Positions 29,971 to 39,043 of a DNA stretch of 64,000 bases are shown here, piece by piece. The stretch spans positions 2,016,001 to 2,080,000 of the forward strand of contig OZ242372.1 in NCBI GenBank assembly GCA_965209035.1, in the 5' to 3' direction. Position 1 is the first letter of the stretch. Each line of letters begins with the position of its first letter. The position numbers and the translations under genes are program-made. Under the pieces are notes generated by a model. That model saw only the letters and a program-made list of their open reading frames with translations. It did not search any database and was not told the origin of the DNA. This stretch comes from Gammaproteobacteria bacterium (GTDB lineage Bacteria; Pseudomonadota; Gammaproteobacteria; CBDBNL01; JAAOII01).

Positions 29971-31260
29971 ATGACATTAATCCAAATGAACGAGCAGGAT
30001 CCCTGGAGCAACCCGAGATCACGCAAAGGTGCTTCAAAGTCTAACGATGAGGCGAAGCGCAAGGAGCAAGACAAAGAGAATCTCCCGGATTGGGCGCGTC
30101 CTTCCGATAAGAAACCGAGCGGGGGCTCCCGTCCTTCCCCTCCCAAAGGCTTAATAGAAGAACTTTTTAATTTATTCAAAAAGCAAATAGGCGATGATAC
30201 CGGCGGTAATAGTAATGGTAATGGTAATAAAGGCGGCAAGCAAAAAGGTTTTGGTTTCCGCAGTATTATCACGGGGGTCGGACTTGCCATAGCATTGATC
30301 TGGGGAGGTATGGGTTTTTATGCGGTGGACGAGCAAGAGCGAGGCGTTGTTTTGCGATTCGGCAAGTATGTTACTACATTGGGCCCCGGTCTGAGATGGC
30401 AACCCTACTTGATTGACAAGGTGATTGTCATTAATGTGACCCGAGTTCGCAGTTTCACGGCGCGCGGGATCATGCTCACCAAGAACGAAAATATCGTAGA
30501 CCTGACCGTAGAAGTGCAGTACGATATTGAGGATGCGCGCAGCTTTGCCTTGAGGGTGCGGGATCCGGAAATGAGCATTCGCCAAGGAACCGACAGTGCC
30601 ATGCGGCATGTGGTGGGTGGCACCAATTTGGATCAAGTCATTACGGAAGGGCGGGCAAAGGTGGCCGCCGATGTGCGAGAGCGTGTTCAGAATTATATCA
30701 GCGATTACGGCACAGGCATACATGTGGTCGGTGTGAATATTCAAAAAGCGGATCCGCCGCAAGAAGTCAAGCCGGCATTTGAAGACGCCATTAGTGCGCG
30801 CGAAGACGAAATTCGGTTTCGTAATCAAGCCGAAGCCTATGCCAAAGCAATTATCCCGCGTGCCAGAGGCGAAGCCCAGCGTGTTTTGGAAGACGGACGG
30901 GCATACAAGGAGCGGACGATTGCCCGTGCTCAGGGGGATGCCCAAAGATTTAACTTGGTATATCAGGCCTACGCCAAAGGTCCCGCTATCATGCGTCGCC
31001 GCCTGTATCTGGAAGCCATGGAAGAAATTCTTGCCAATACCGATAAAATATTAATTGATGTTAGCGGGAGTAATAATTTACTGTATTTGCCTTTGGATAA
31101 GTTCTTGCAAAGACCGAGCGCGACGGAGGGTTCTGCCGGTCGGGGTAATGACAATTCTCTTCCTCAAACCGGCAGTTTGAGCGAAAGCCAGTTATCTCGT
31201 GTCGTGGAGAGTGTTCTTAAACAAATAGACAGCGGGCGTATTCAACGCAACGGACGATGA
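29971..31260 (+). CDS. hflK: FtsH protease modulator HflK
   Basis: N-terminal DPW/PP region, one TM helix, SPFH domain, RLYLEAME. Confidence 0.95.
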   Translation: MTLIQMNEQDPWSNPRSRKGASKSNDEAKRKEQDKENLPDWARPSDKKPSGGSRPSPPKGLIEELFNLFKKQIGDDTGGNSNGNGNKGGKQKGFGFRSIITGVGLAIALIWGGMGFYAVDEQERGVVLRFGKYVTTLGPGLRWQPYLIDKVIVINVTRVRSFTARGIMLTKNENIVDLTVEVQYDIEDARSFALRVRDPEMSIRQGTDSAMRHVVGGTNLDQVITEGRAKVAADVRERVQNYISDYGTGIHVVGVNIQKADPPQEVKPAFEDAISAREDEIRFRNQAEAYAKAIIPRARGEAQRVLEDGRAYKERTIARAQGDAQRFNLVYQAYAKGPAIMRRRLYLEAMEEILANTDKILIDVSGSNNLLYLPLDKFLQRPSATEGSAGRGNDNSLPQTGSLSESQLSRVVESVLKQIDSGRIQRNGR

Positions 31261-32138
31261 AGAAGTTAACCGGGTTGCCTTTTTTAGTTTTTGGCATGAT
31301 TGTGTTTTACCTGGCTTCCCAGAGCATTTATGTTGTGGACGAGCGGCAAAAGGCGGTGCTGCTGCGATTTGGCGAACTGATTAAAGCCGATACACAGCCG
31401 GGCATTCACTTTAAACTTCCTATCGTATTTACCATTAAGCGGTTTGATTCTCGGGTGCAGACTCTGGATAGCCCCGAATCGGAATATCTCACCTCGGAGA
31501 AAAAGCAACTCTTGGTAGATTCTTATGCGAAGTGGAAGATTGACGATGTCGCAAAATTTTATCGTGCCACCAATGGCGACGAATTAAAAGTCCGCAGACT
31601 GTTGTTCGCCCGTGTGGACAACGGTCTCCGCAATGAGTTTGGCAACCGCACTGTCAACGAAGTGGTGTCCGGCCAACGTGATCAACTGATGACAAGAATT
31701 AGTTCCAGGCTGGATGGTATTGCCCGAGAAGAACTTGGCATAGAAATTGTGGATATTCGGGTGATGAAAATTAACCTGCCCGATAATGTCAGCAATAGTG
31801 TTTACGCACGCATGACAACCGAACGCGAACGAATCGCGCAAGAATTGCGGTCGCGCGGTCGCGAGGTTGCCGAAGGAATGCGGGCCGAGGCCGACAAAGA
31901 GCGTGTCATCATATTGGCAAATGCTTACCGGGAATCCGAAACCCTGCGCGGTGAGGGCGACAATCAGGCGGCGGATATTTACGCCGGTGCTATTTCCAAG
32001 TCCCCCAATTTTTATGATTTTTATCGTTCTTTGTTTGCCTATCGCGAAGTTTTTGGCAGAACATCCAACAATTTTCTTATTTTAGAACCCGATAGTGAGT
32101 TTCTAAACTATTTTAAATCCATAGACCGTCCCAACTAA
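31257..32138 (+). CDS. hflC: FtsH protease modulator HflC
   Basis: SPFH domain; LTSEKK.LLVD, RM..ER and FYRSL.AY motifs. Confidence 0.95.
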   Translation: MKKLTGLPFLVFGMIVFYLASQSIYVVDERQKAVLLRFGELIKADTQPGIHFKLPIVFTIKRFDSRVQTLDSPESEYLTSEKKQLLVDSYAKWKIDDVAKFYRATNGDELKVRRLLFARVDNGLRNEFGNRTVNEVVSGQRDQLMTRISSRLDGIAREELGIEIVDIRVMKINLPDNVSNSVYARMTTERERIAQELRSRGREVAEGMRAEADKERVIILANAYRESETLRGEGDNQAADIYAGAISKSPNFYDFYRSLFAYREVFGRTSNNFLILEPDSEFLNYFKSIDRPN

Positions 32139-32188
32139 AAAGACACAACTAAAAGCTAAAAGAGACAGCGAAGACAGGTAAAACAGGT

Positions 32189-32548
32189 ATGAAAAAGATT
32201 TCCGACTTGGAATTCAAGGAAGTCGGTAAAAAGGATAAGATCTTAGCGGGGAAACAACTGGAATCTTTTGTTCAACAAATGGAGCATTGGGAGGTAACAG
32301 GTCTTGGCGGCAGTGAATCTCTTTATAAGATGTATCGGGTAAATAACTTTGTCAGTGCCCAGAAATTGGCACAGATGTTCGGCGATCTTGCGGAGAAGTA
32401 TAACCATCATCCGATCATCAGTTATACTTGGGGGAAGTTGGAAGTTTACTGGTATACGCATTCTCTCAAGGGAATCCATCAAAATGATATTTTTATGGCA
32501 CAAAAAACCGAAGACATTGCCTGTTCTTCCAAGTTACTCAAAGATTAA
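32189..32548 (+). CDS. phhB: Pterin-4-alpha-carbinolamine dehydratase
   Basis: AE..NHHP and YTHS..G.H.ND..MA motifs. Confidence 0.9.
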   Translation: MKKISDLEFKEVGKKDKILAGKQLESFVQQMEHWEVTGLGGSESLYKMYRVNNFVSAQKLAQMFGDLAEKYNHHPIISYTWGKLEVYWYTHSLKGIHQNDIFMAQKTEDIACSSKLLKD

Positions 32549-32551
32549 CCC

Positions 32552-32848
32552 GTGCCGATTTACGAATACGAATGCCGGCACTGTGGCAATCATTTGGATC
32601 AACTGCAAAAGATCAATGATGCGCCGCTTACACAGTGTCCGTCTTGTCATAAGGAGGGTTTGCGCCGCCTGATGTCTCGCACCTCTTTTCAACTTAAAGG
32701 AAGTGGCTGGTATGTAACCGACTTTAAGGACAAGCCGAACGAACCGAAGCCGGCACAATCGGCGGAACAGAAGACCGCCCTCAAGGATCCCAAGGATCTC
32801 AAGAAGGCGGAAGGAAAAAAAGCATCCTCGGCTCCCCCCGCCGAGTAA
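32552..32848 (+). CDS. FmdB-family zinc-ribbon protein
   Basis: MPIYEYEC..C, CP.C and FQLKGSGWYVTD motifs. Confidence 0.92.
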   Translation: MPIYEYECRHCGNHLDQLQKINDAPLTQCPSCHKEGLRRLMSRTSFQLKGSGWYVTDFKDKPNEPKPAQSAEQKTALKDPKDLKKAEGKKASSAPPAE

Positions 32849-32872
32849 CGAGCCGAGTAACAAAAGGAGAGA

Positions 32873-34681
32873 ATGAGTCTTCTGCGCAATTGTTTGTGCG
32901 GTAAAGTCACCGCGGGCCATCTCACCAAGAAGATCAAACTTTGCGGATGGGTGCATGCCAGACGGGATCACGGCGGCATCATTTTTATTGATCTGCGCGA
33001 TCATAGCGGGTTGGTGCAACTGGTATTTGACCCGCAAAATAACTCCTTGTTTTCTTTTGCGGAAACTCTCAGAGACGAGTTTGTGATCTCTGCGGAGGGA
33101 ATTGTCAGAGAGCGTCCCGAAGGAACCGTCAATTCCCGCATTGCCACAGGTACTCTTGAAGTGCTGTGTGAAAGCGGGGAGTTGCTAAACCGGGCGAGCA
33201 TCCTGCCGTTTACCCCCGAAGAACATGCGCGCGCCAACGAGGACACACGCCTGCAGTATCGCGCCTTGGATTTGCGGTCCCAACAGATGCAAGATAACCT
33301 GCGATTCCGGGCATCTGTTACCTCGTCTGTGCGGCGGTTTTTGGAACAGAGAGATTTTTTGGAGTTGGAGACTCCTATCCTGACACGCTCCACGCCGGAG
33401 GGTGCCCGAGATTATTTGGTCCCGAGTCGGGTACGACACGGCAGTTTTTTTGCCCTGCCGCAGTCGCCGCAACTGTTTAAGCAAATTCTTATGATCGGCG
33501 GTATGGACAAGTATTACCAACTTGCCCGTTGTTTTCGCGACGAGGATCCGCGTTCGGATCGTCAAGCCGAGTTTACACAAATAGACTTGGAAATGGCCTA
33601 TGTGACAGAAGAGGATGTGATGCGGCTTGCCGAAGAGATGGTGCGTCATTTGTTTAAGGAACTATTGCAGACGGAATTGCCCGAGTTTCCTCGTCTGACT
33701 TACGCAGAAGCGGTTGCTCTTTACGGCACCGACCGACCGGACCTGCGTATTCCGCTTCGGTTCACAGACATTGACAAGGAATGTGTGGCGACGGAGTTTC
33801 GTGTGTTTCAAGATGCGGCCAAGGATTCCGATGCCCGGGTTGCGATGTTATCCGTCCCGAACGGAGCGCAATTCAGTCGCAAGGATCTGGATGATCTGAC
33901 AGAGTATGTCGGCAAGCGAGGCGCGAAAGGCCTGGCGTATATTCGTGTTACAGATCCCGCAGCCGGGCGCGAAGGACTTCAATCTCCTATCATTAAGTTT
34001 TTTTCCGATGAGTTTCTCGCCAAGATATTACAGTTGGCGAATGCCGAAGCCGGGCATATCCTTTTCTTTTCGGCCGACAAAAAGAAAGTTGTCAATGAAT
34101 CCTTTGGCGTCTTGCGGACGCATATTGGCAAAAAAATTAATCTGTTATCCAAAGAATGGAAGCCCTTATGGGTCACGGATTTTCCTATGTTCGAGTTGGA
34201 TGCGGACGGACAGCCGCAGCCCCTGCATCATCCGTTTACCGCATTGCATGATTATGATGTTTTTAAAGAACCGCAAACAGACCCGGATGCGCGCGCCGAA
34301 CTGCTTCGAAGTCTAAAATCCCGTGCCTACGATATGGTTATTAACGGTGTTGAGGTCGGCGGCGGCTCGGTTCGCATTCATAAGAGCGAACATCAGACAA
34401 AGATTTTTGAACTGATGGGGCTTTCCAAAGAGGACGCAACACAGCGGTTTGGTTTTTTTCTCAAGGCGTTGGAGTTGGGTGCGCCGCCGCATGCCGGCAT
34501 GGCATTCGGACTGGATAGACTGGTGATGTTACTCAAAAACCTGTCAAACATTCGCGATGTGATTTGTTTCCCTAAAACACAATCCGCTTATTGCCCCATG
34601 ACCGAAGCACCCGCCGAAGTGGAAGCGAAGCAACTGCGGGAACTGGGTATTCAACTGCGCCGGGATCCGCCGGTCAAATAA
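32873..34681 (+). CDS. aspS: Aspartate--tRNA ligase
   Basis: RRDHGG, TPEGARDYLVPSR, LPQSPQLFKQ, HHPFT and GAPPHAG motifs. Confidence 0.98.
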   Translation: MSLLRNCLCGKVTAGHLTKKIKLCGWVHARRDHGGIIFIDLRDHSGLVQLVFDPQNNSLFSFAETLRDEFVISAEGIVRERPEGTVNSRIATGTLEVLCESGELLNRASILPFTPEEHARANEDTRLQYRALDLRSQQMQDNLRFRASVTSSVRRFLEQRDFLELETPILTRSTPEGARDYLVPSRVRHGSFFALPQSPQLFKQILMIGGMDKYYQLARCFRDEDPRSDRQAEFTQIDLEMAYVTEEDVMRLAEEMVRHLFKELLQTELPEFPRLTYAEAVALYGTDRPDLRIPLRFTDIDKECVATEFRVFQDAAKDSDARVAMLSVPNGAQFSRKDLDDLTEYVGKRGAKGLAYIRVTDPAAGREGLQSPIIKFFSDEFLAKILQLANAEAGHILFFSADKKKVVNESFGVLRTHIGKKINLLSKEWKPLWVTDFPMFELDADGQPQPLHHPFTALHDYDVFKEPQTDPDARAELLRSLKSRAYDMVINGVEVGGGSVRIHKSEHQTKIFELMGLSKEDATQRFGFFLKALELGAPPHAGMAFGLDRLVMLLKNLSNIRDVICFPKTQSAYCPMTEAPAEVEAKQLRELGIQLRRDPPVK

Positions 34682-34688
34682 TCCGGTT

Positions 34689-35429
34689 ATGGCGGGACAC
34701 AGTAAATGGGCGAATGTCAAGCATCGCAAGGCAAGACAGGATGCCAAGCGCGGTAAGTTTTTTACCAAAGCATTGCGCGAGATTACCGTGGCGGTCAAAC
34801 AAGGCGGCGCTGGCGAGGATAACCCCCGTCTTCGCCAAGCCAAAGAAAAAGCGCTGACACTCAATGTGCCCGGCAAAACAATTGAAAGAGCGATTGCAAG
34901 AGCACTGGGGGGCGAAGGGGGCGAGAATTACAGCGAAGTAGTTTACGAAGGATATGGCCCCGGCGGCGTAGCCATTTACATAGAAACTCTCACGGATAAC
35001 AAAAATCGCACAGTGGCAGAAATCCGACATATTTTGGGCAGGTTTGGCGGTAACCTTGGTCGGGAAGGGTGTGTCGCACACCTTTTTAAGCGCGAAGGAC
35101 TCATAGAGTTAGCCGGGGTTGCGGACGAAGGCCAACTTCTTGAGGATGCGACCAATGCCGGGGCGGAAGATATGCAATCCGGCGAAAACGGCATTTTTTA
35201 CCTGCAAACCGCCGCCGATAATCTGGTGGCCGTCAAAGAAGCACTGAGAGACAAGAAGTATGAGATTTCTTATGCGGATATCACCATGTCACCGTTGGAT
35301 GTTTGCCTGCTCTCGACTGACAAGCACGAAAAGTTGCAAAGTCTCTTGGAATATCTGGAAGACCTGGACGATGTCCGTTCTGTTTACAGTAATGCTCAAG
35401 AAGCCGCCGTATCTGATTCTGGGGCTTGA
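34689..35429 (+). CDS. yebC: YebC/PmpR family protein
   Basis: MAGHSKW, YEGYGPGG and TDNKNRT motifs. Confidence 0.97.
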   Translation: MAGHSKWANVKHRKARQDAKRGKFFTKALREITVAVKQGGAGEDNPRLRQAKEKALTLNVPGKTIERAIARALGGEGGENYSEVVYEGYGPGGVAIYIETLTDNKNRTVAEIRHILGRFGGNLGREGCVAHLFKREGLIELAGVADEGQLLEDATNAGAEDMQSGENGIFYLQTAADNLVAVKEALRDKKYEISYADITMSPLDVCLLSTDKHEKLQSLLEYLEDLDDVRSVYSNAQEAAVSDSGA

Positions 35430-35928
35430 TCCCGGTCTGGAAAATACCGGTTTTGGCTTACTTTGTATCAAAGATAAACATCCCCGGTATGAAGCCAGCG
35501 GGACGATTAGTTGCAAAAGAACACATTCTATGTCGCGACGGCTTGCGGAGTATTGGCAGGCCCTGGGCGAGTTACTGGAAAAGTATCAGCCGGATTGCTG
35601 TGCCATAGAAGATGTTTTCGTCGGTCCCAATCCGAAATCGGCATTAAGGTTGGGTATGGCACGGGGAGTCCTCTTGGCGGGTCTGGGGGCCCGGGAGATG
35701 GCGGTGTTCACTTATTCGCCCAAAAAAGTTAAGCAAAACATTGCCGGCAACGGCAACGCCACCAAACAGGTTTTGGCAACCATGACTTATCGTCATCTGG
35801 GAATTAACGGAAATCTGAGCCATCATGCAACCGATGCCCTGGCAATTGCGTTGTGTCATTTTTATGAGGATCAATTTACCGCAAAAGTGAAATCTTCCGC
35901 ATCTTTCGGGGTCGGAAGACATTTATGA
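35392..35928 (+). CDS. ruvC: Holliday junction resolvase RuvC
   Basis: ILGLDPG, AIEDVF, ARG, G.A.K and DALAIALCH motifs. Start at ATG 35392. Confidence 0.95.
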   Translation: MLKKPPYLILGLDPGLENTGFGLLCIKDKHPRYEASGTISCKRTHSMSRRLAEYWQALGELLEKYQPDCCAIEDVFVGPNPKSALRLGMARGVLLAGLGAREMAVFTYSPKKVKQNIAGNGNATKQVLATMTYRHLGINGNLSHHATDALAIALCHFYEDQFTAKVKSSASFGVGRHL

Positions 35929-35960
35929 TTGATCATATCGTTTGGTAAAACAGTAAGGGG
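35925..35960 (+). pseudogene. Possible 5' stub of ruvA
   Basis: ATGA overlap with the ruvC stop gives MIDHIV, then a one-base shift to GKTV. This resembles the RuvA MI..L.G start at the position where ruvA usually lies. Confidence 0.35.
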
Positions 35961-35980
35961 ACTTATTTAATCCGCATGTT

Positions 35981-37165
35981 ATGAAAAACAAGCAAGCGAA
36001 TTCTCGCTTTAAGATCCGTTATTGCTGTTTTCCGAGTAATAGAAAGAAAGAGTTGTTACTATCGGACAAAGTTAATACCGGCATAACACAATATATGCCG
36101 AAATATCCTGTGACTCGTGTGATGCAGCTAATGGCTGCCAGTCCCTACGAGTTTATTTATGATGAACGGCAACCGGATGTTATTTTTCTGCCCCATTATA
36201 CTTATTCTAAAAATGTCCTTAAATCCCGCCGATTGTGGGGAAGATATCCGGTACTCATAGGGTTTCTTGGAGAAAATGCCAAGTTTGATTTGCGTTATAT
36301 GGATCGATTATTTTCAGGTTATGCTTCTGCAGATCCCAAAAGAGTTACAGTAAGTGAGATGCTATTGCTGTTGAATCTGCGCCCTCGATTTCCCGACACA
36401 AACTATTCAAAACATGTGCTTGCGTTGAAAGCAAACGCACTTAATAACATTACCCGATATTCTGCCGCTCCCAAGAGCAGATTCTGTAACTTTTTTTATT
36501 CCAACGATTCCTCTCCTGAAACAATTATCAGACGACTATTTTGTAAAAGTCTGATGAGATACAAGCATATAGATTGTGCCGGTCGTTCGTTGAATAATAT
36601 CCCCGCATCCGCGCGCGAACAAGTAGTTTCTCGATATAAGACGAACTGGAGAAAAGGCAAGTGGAAGCACATCAAAGACTATAAGTTTACCATTGCCTTT
36701 GAGAATCAAGCATCCGCCGGCTATGTTACGGAAAAGATACTTGATCCTTTGCTTTGTGGCAGTATTCCAATTTACTGGGGAGCACCCGATATTGCGGATT
36801 ACTATAACCCGGATGCTTTCATCAATTGTCATGATTACAATACTTTTGATGAAGTAATAGAAAGAGTGATAGAAGTAGATAACAATCCAATTCTGTATCA
36901 AAAATATCGCAATGCCCCGCCGATGTTACCGGGCAGTCATTATGATGATATGTCGAATAAGGTGCGGATGGCTTGGGAAGATATTGTGTCGGAGATTTTG
37001 TCCCGGCGCGATGACAAGCAAACAGTAATCGGTAAACAAGTTTTTTCTATCGCGATATTTTGGCAAGAGTTGATGCAAAAAAATGTGGAAAATTTTTCGC
37101 AAAATTTGTCGTTTACCAAAAAATTGACCAAAAGTTATCTCTCTAACTTGAGGAGACATTTATGA
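35981..37165 (+). CDS. Glycosyltransferase family 10 (alpha-1,3/4-fucosyltransferase)
   Basis: K..FCNF.YSN, YKFTIAFEN....GYVTEKI and IPIYWG motifs; AT-rich. Confidence 0.92.
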   Translation: MKNKQANSRFKIRYCCFPSNRKKELLLSDKVNTGITQYMPKYPVTRVMQLMAASPYEFIYDERQPDVIFLPHYTYSKNVLKSRRLWGRYPVLIGFLGENAKFDLRYMDRLFSGYASADPKRVTVSEMLLLLNLRPRFPDTNYSKHVLALKANALNNITRYSAAPKSRFCNFFYSNDSSPETIIRRLFCKSLMRYKHIDCAGRSLNNIPASAREQVVSRYKTNWRKGKWKHIKDYKFTIAFENQASAGYVTEKILDPLLCGSIPIYWGAPDIADYYNPDAFINCHDYNTFDEVIERVIEVDNNPILYQKYRNAPPMLPGSHYDDMSNKVRMAWEDIVSEILSRRDDKQTVIGKQVFSIAIFWQELMQKNVENFSQNLSFTKKLTKSYLSNLRRHL

Positions 37166-37168
37166 TTG

Positions 37169-37177
37169 TGCTATAAT
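37169..37177 (+). promoter_or_regulatory. Extended -10 promoter element (TGnTATAAT) of doxX copy 1
   Basis: TGCTATAAT; the same context (ttta.gattgtgctataat) is conserved upstream of copy 2. Confidence 0.6.
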
Positions 37178-37242
37178 CTAAAAGTAAGCGTTATTATTAA
37201 TTCTTACTTTTTATCTTATTAAATTAAATTAAATATCAAAAA

Positions 37243-37626
37243 ATGAATAACTTAATTTTACTTTTTGCGCGTTTTCTTTTGGCGCATATGTTTCTACTCA
37301 GCGGTATCCAAAAAATTGGGGGCTATGCCGGCACTGCCGGTTATATGGTCAGCCAAGGAGTTCCGGCCTTTTTGCTGACTCCGGTAATTGTTTTGGAAGT
37401 GATCGGTGCTCTTTGTATCATTGCGGGTTTTGGGACTCGCATTGCCACTTATGCATTGGCAGCTTTCTGCATTGTTGCGGCTATAATTTTTCACGGCGAT
37501 TTTTCCGTTCAAGGGCAGACCGTGCAATTCATGAAAAACTTTACGATCGCCGGTGGCTTGTTAGTCCTGGGTGTATTTGGTCCCGGCAATTGGAAAGTTG
37601 GCGGAAAATTTTCGTGGAAACGATAA
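37243..37626 (+). CDS. DoxX family membrane protein, copy 1
   Basis: R.LLA..F..SG..K, G..TR..A and FMKN..IAGGLL....GPG motifs. Confidence 0.9.
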   Translation: MNNLILLFARFLLAHMFLLSGIQKIGGYAGTAGYMVSQGVPAFLLTPVIVLEVIGALCIIAGFGTRIATYALAAFCIVAAIIFHGDFSVQGQTVQFMKNFTIAGGLLVLGVFGPGNWKVGGKFSWKR

Positions 37627-37842
37627 ATTGATTCGGTATTTTTACGAAGATTATAAACAGTTGCCGTAAATCATTCACTGATTACAAACCGGATTCCTGT
37701 GACATAAAAGGGTTCTCATTGTTCCCAATCGGTATTCTGGTTGGGCATGATATGATACGCGGGATTCTTTTAGCCGCTCCGGAGTCCGGTGACTCGGTAT
37801 TTTCAGTGAACCCTCTGAAAATATTAATGATAAGATTGCGTG

Positions 37843-38025
37843 AAAACATCCTCATCATGCTCTCAAACAACTCTCACCGATTCGGTTCTTGCAAAAACAA
37901 CAAAAGTCCGGAAATGGGTGGGATCATACAATAATCTCGAACGTCCTCATTATGCTCTCAAACAACTCTCACCGATTCGGTTCTTGCAAAAACAACAAAA
38001 GCCCGGAAATGGGTGGGATCATACA
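37843..38025 (+). mobile_element. Two stacked IS481 right-end remnants
   Basis: tgctctcaaacaactctcaccgattcggttcttgcaaaaacaacaaaag.ccggaaatgggtgggatcataca occurs twice (ending 37930 and 38025) and matches 45560-45655. Confidence 0.9.
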
Positions 38026-38049
38026 CAAATAAATTGGAATTTACGATTG

Positions 38050-38058
38050 TGCTATAAT
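38050..38058 (+). promoter_or_regulatory. Extended -10 promoter element of doxX copy 2
   Basis: TGCTATAAT, paralogous to 37169-37177. Confidence 0.6.
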
Positions 38059-38122
38059 ACGCAAGTAGAATTCATTTTTATTGATTCTGATTTATTAAAT
38101 TAAGATATTTACCAAAAGACAA

Positions 38123-38512
38123 ATGAACAATTTTATCTTATTTCTGGCGCGCCTTCTTTTGGCGCACATTTTTTTACTCGGTGGCATCCAAAAAGTGGGT
38201 GGCTATGCCGGCACAGCCGCTTATATGGTGAGCAAGGGAGTTCCGGCATTTTTGCTGATTCCGGTCATTGCTCTGGAAATCATCGGTGCCCTTTGCATTA
38301 TTACGGGTTTTGGCACACGGATTGCTTCTTATTTATTGGCAATTTTTTGCGTTTTGGCTGCTATCCTATTTCACAGTGATTTTTCGGTTCAGTTAGAAAC
38401 AGTGCTATTCATGAAAAACCTCACTATTGCCGGCGGCTTACTGGTTCTCGGTGTATTTGGTCCGGGCGGTTGGCGACCGGGTGCCCGCCCGTCCAAAAAA
38501 CTTTTTTCGTAA
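38123..38512 (+). CDS. DoxX family membrane protein, copy 2
   Basis: Colinear, closely similar paralog of 37243-37626. Confidence 0.9.
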   Translation: MNNFILFLARLLLAHIFLLGGIQKVGGYAGTAAYMVSKGVPAFLLIPVIALEIIGALCIITGFGTRIASYLLAIFCVLAAILFHSDFSVQLETVLFMKNLTIAGGLLVLGVFGPGGWRPGARPSKKLFS

Positions 38513-38515
38513 ATG

Positions 38516-38589
38516 CGGGGTATAGCGCAGCTTGGTAGCGCGCCTGCTTCGGGAGCAGGAGGTCGTGAGTTCAAATCTCGCTACCCCGA
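38516..38589 (+). tRNA. tRNA-Pro(CGG), CCA not encoded
   Basis: CGGGGTA/TACCCCG acceptor stem, CCTGC-TTCGGGA-GCAGG anticodon arm, GTTCAAATC. Confidence 0.95.
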
Positions 38590-38631
38590 GATATTTTCTT
38601 GTTCGCAATCGGTATTTCCCGAAATCGGTTG

Positions 38632-38934
38632 ATGGAGGAAGCATTGCATATTGCCTTGGTGGGTATGGGATATGTATTCTTTTTCCTCGCCTTATTGATA
38701 TTAATCTTATCCGCAACATCTTATGTCTTAAGGCGTTTTTTTGTTGCCGATGCGTCTTTGGTTGTTCCAAAATACGGGAAGATCGATGCCGAGGCTGCAA
38801 CCCAACTCGTTAAGGGGGGCATTAACAGGGAGAATGACAAAACGGATACTTTGCCGATCTCGGATACTACCCGGTTGAGCGTAGCGGTGGCCGCTCTGGA
38901 ACATCATATCAAGACTCAAGGTCCGGCTCAATAA
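38632..38934 (+). CDS. oadG: Na+-transporting oxaloacetate decarboxylase gamma subunit
   Basis: GMG.VF.FL.LLI TM segment, C-terminal AVAALEHH, position before oadA. Confidence 0.85.
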   Translation: MEEALHIALVGMGYVFFFLALLILILSATSYVLRRFFVADASLVVPKYGKIDAEAATQLVKGGINRENDKTDTLPISDTTRLSVAVAALEHHIKTQGPAQ

Positions 38935-39043
38935 AACCATAAAGAAAAAAATGCTTCTCCGGTTTGCATTTGTTAGAATGAATGGTTCTCATACTCCGGA
39001 ATTTCAAATTGCCCAATTAATATATTATTAAAACATCCAAAAG

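Noticed and set aside
37682-37850. Short minus-strand ORF (MMRMFSRNLIINIFRG...) as a remnant of another transposase
   Set aside because: The resemblance to ISAs1-type C-termini is too weak to support without a search.
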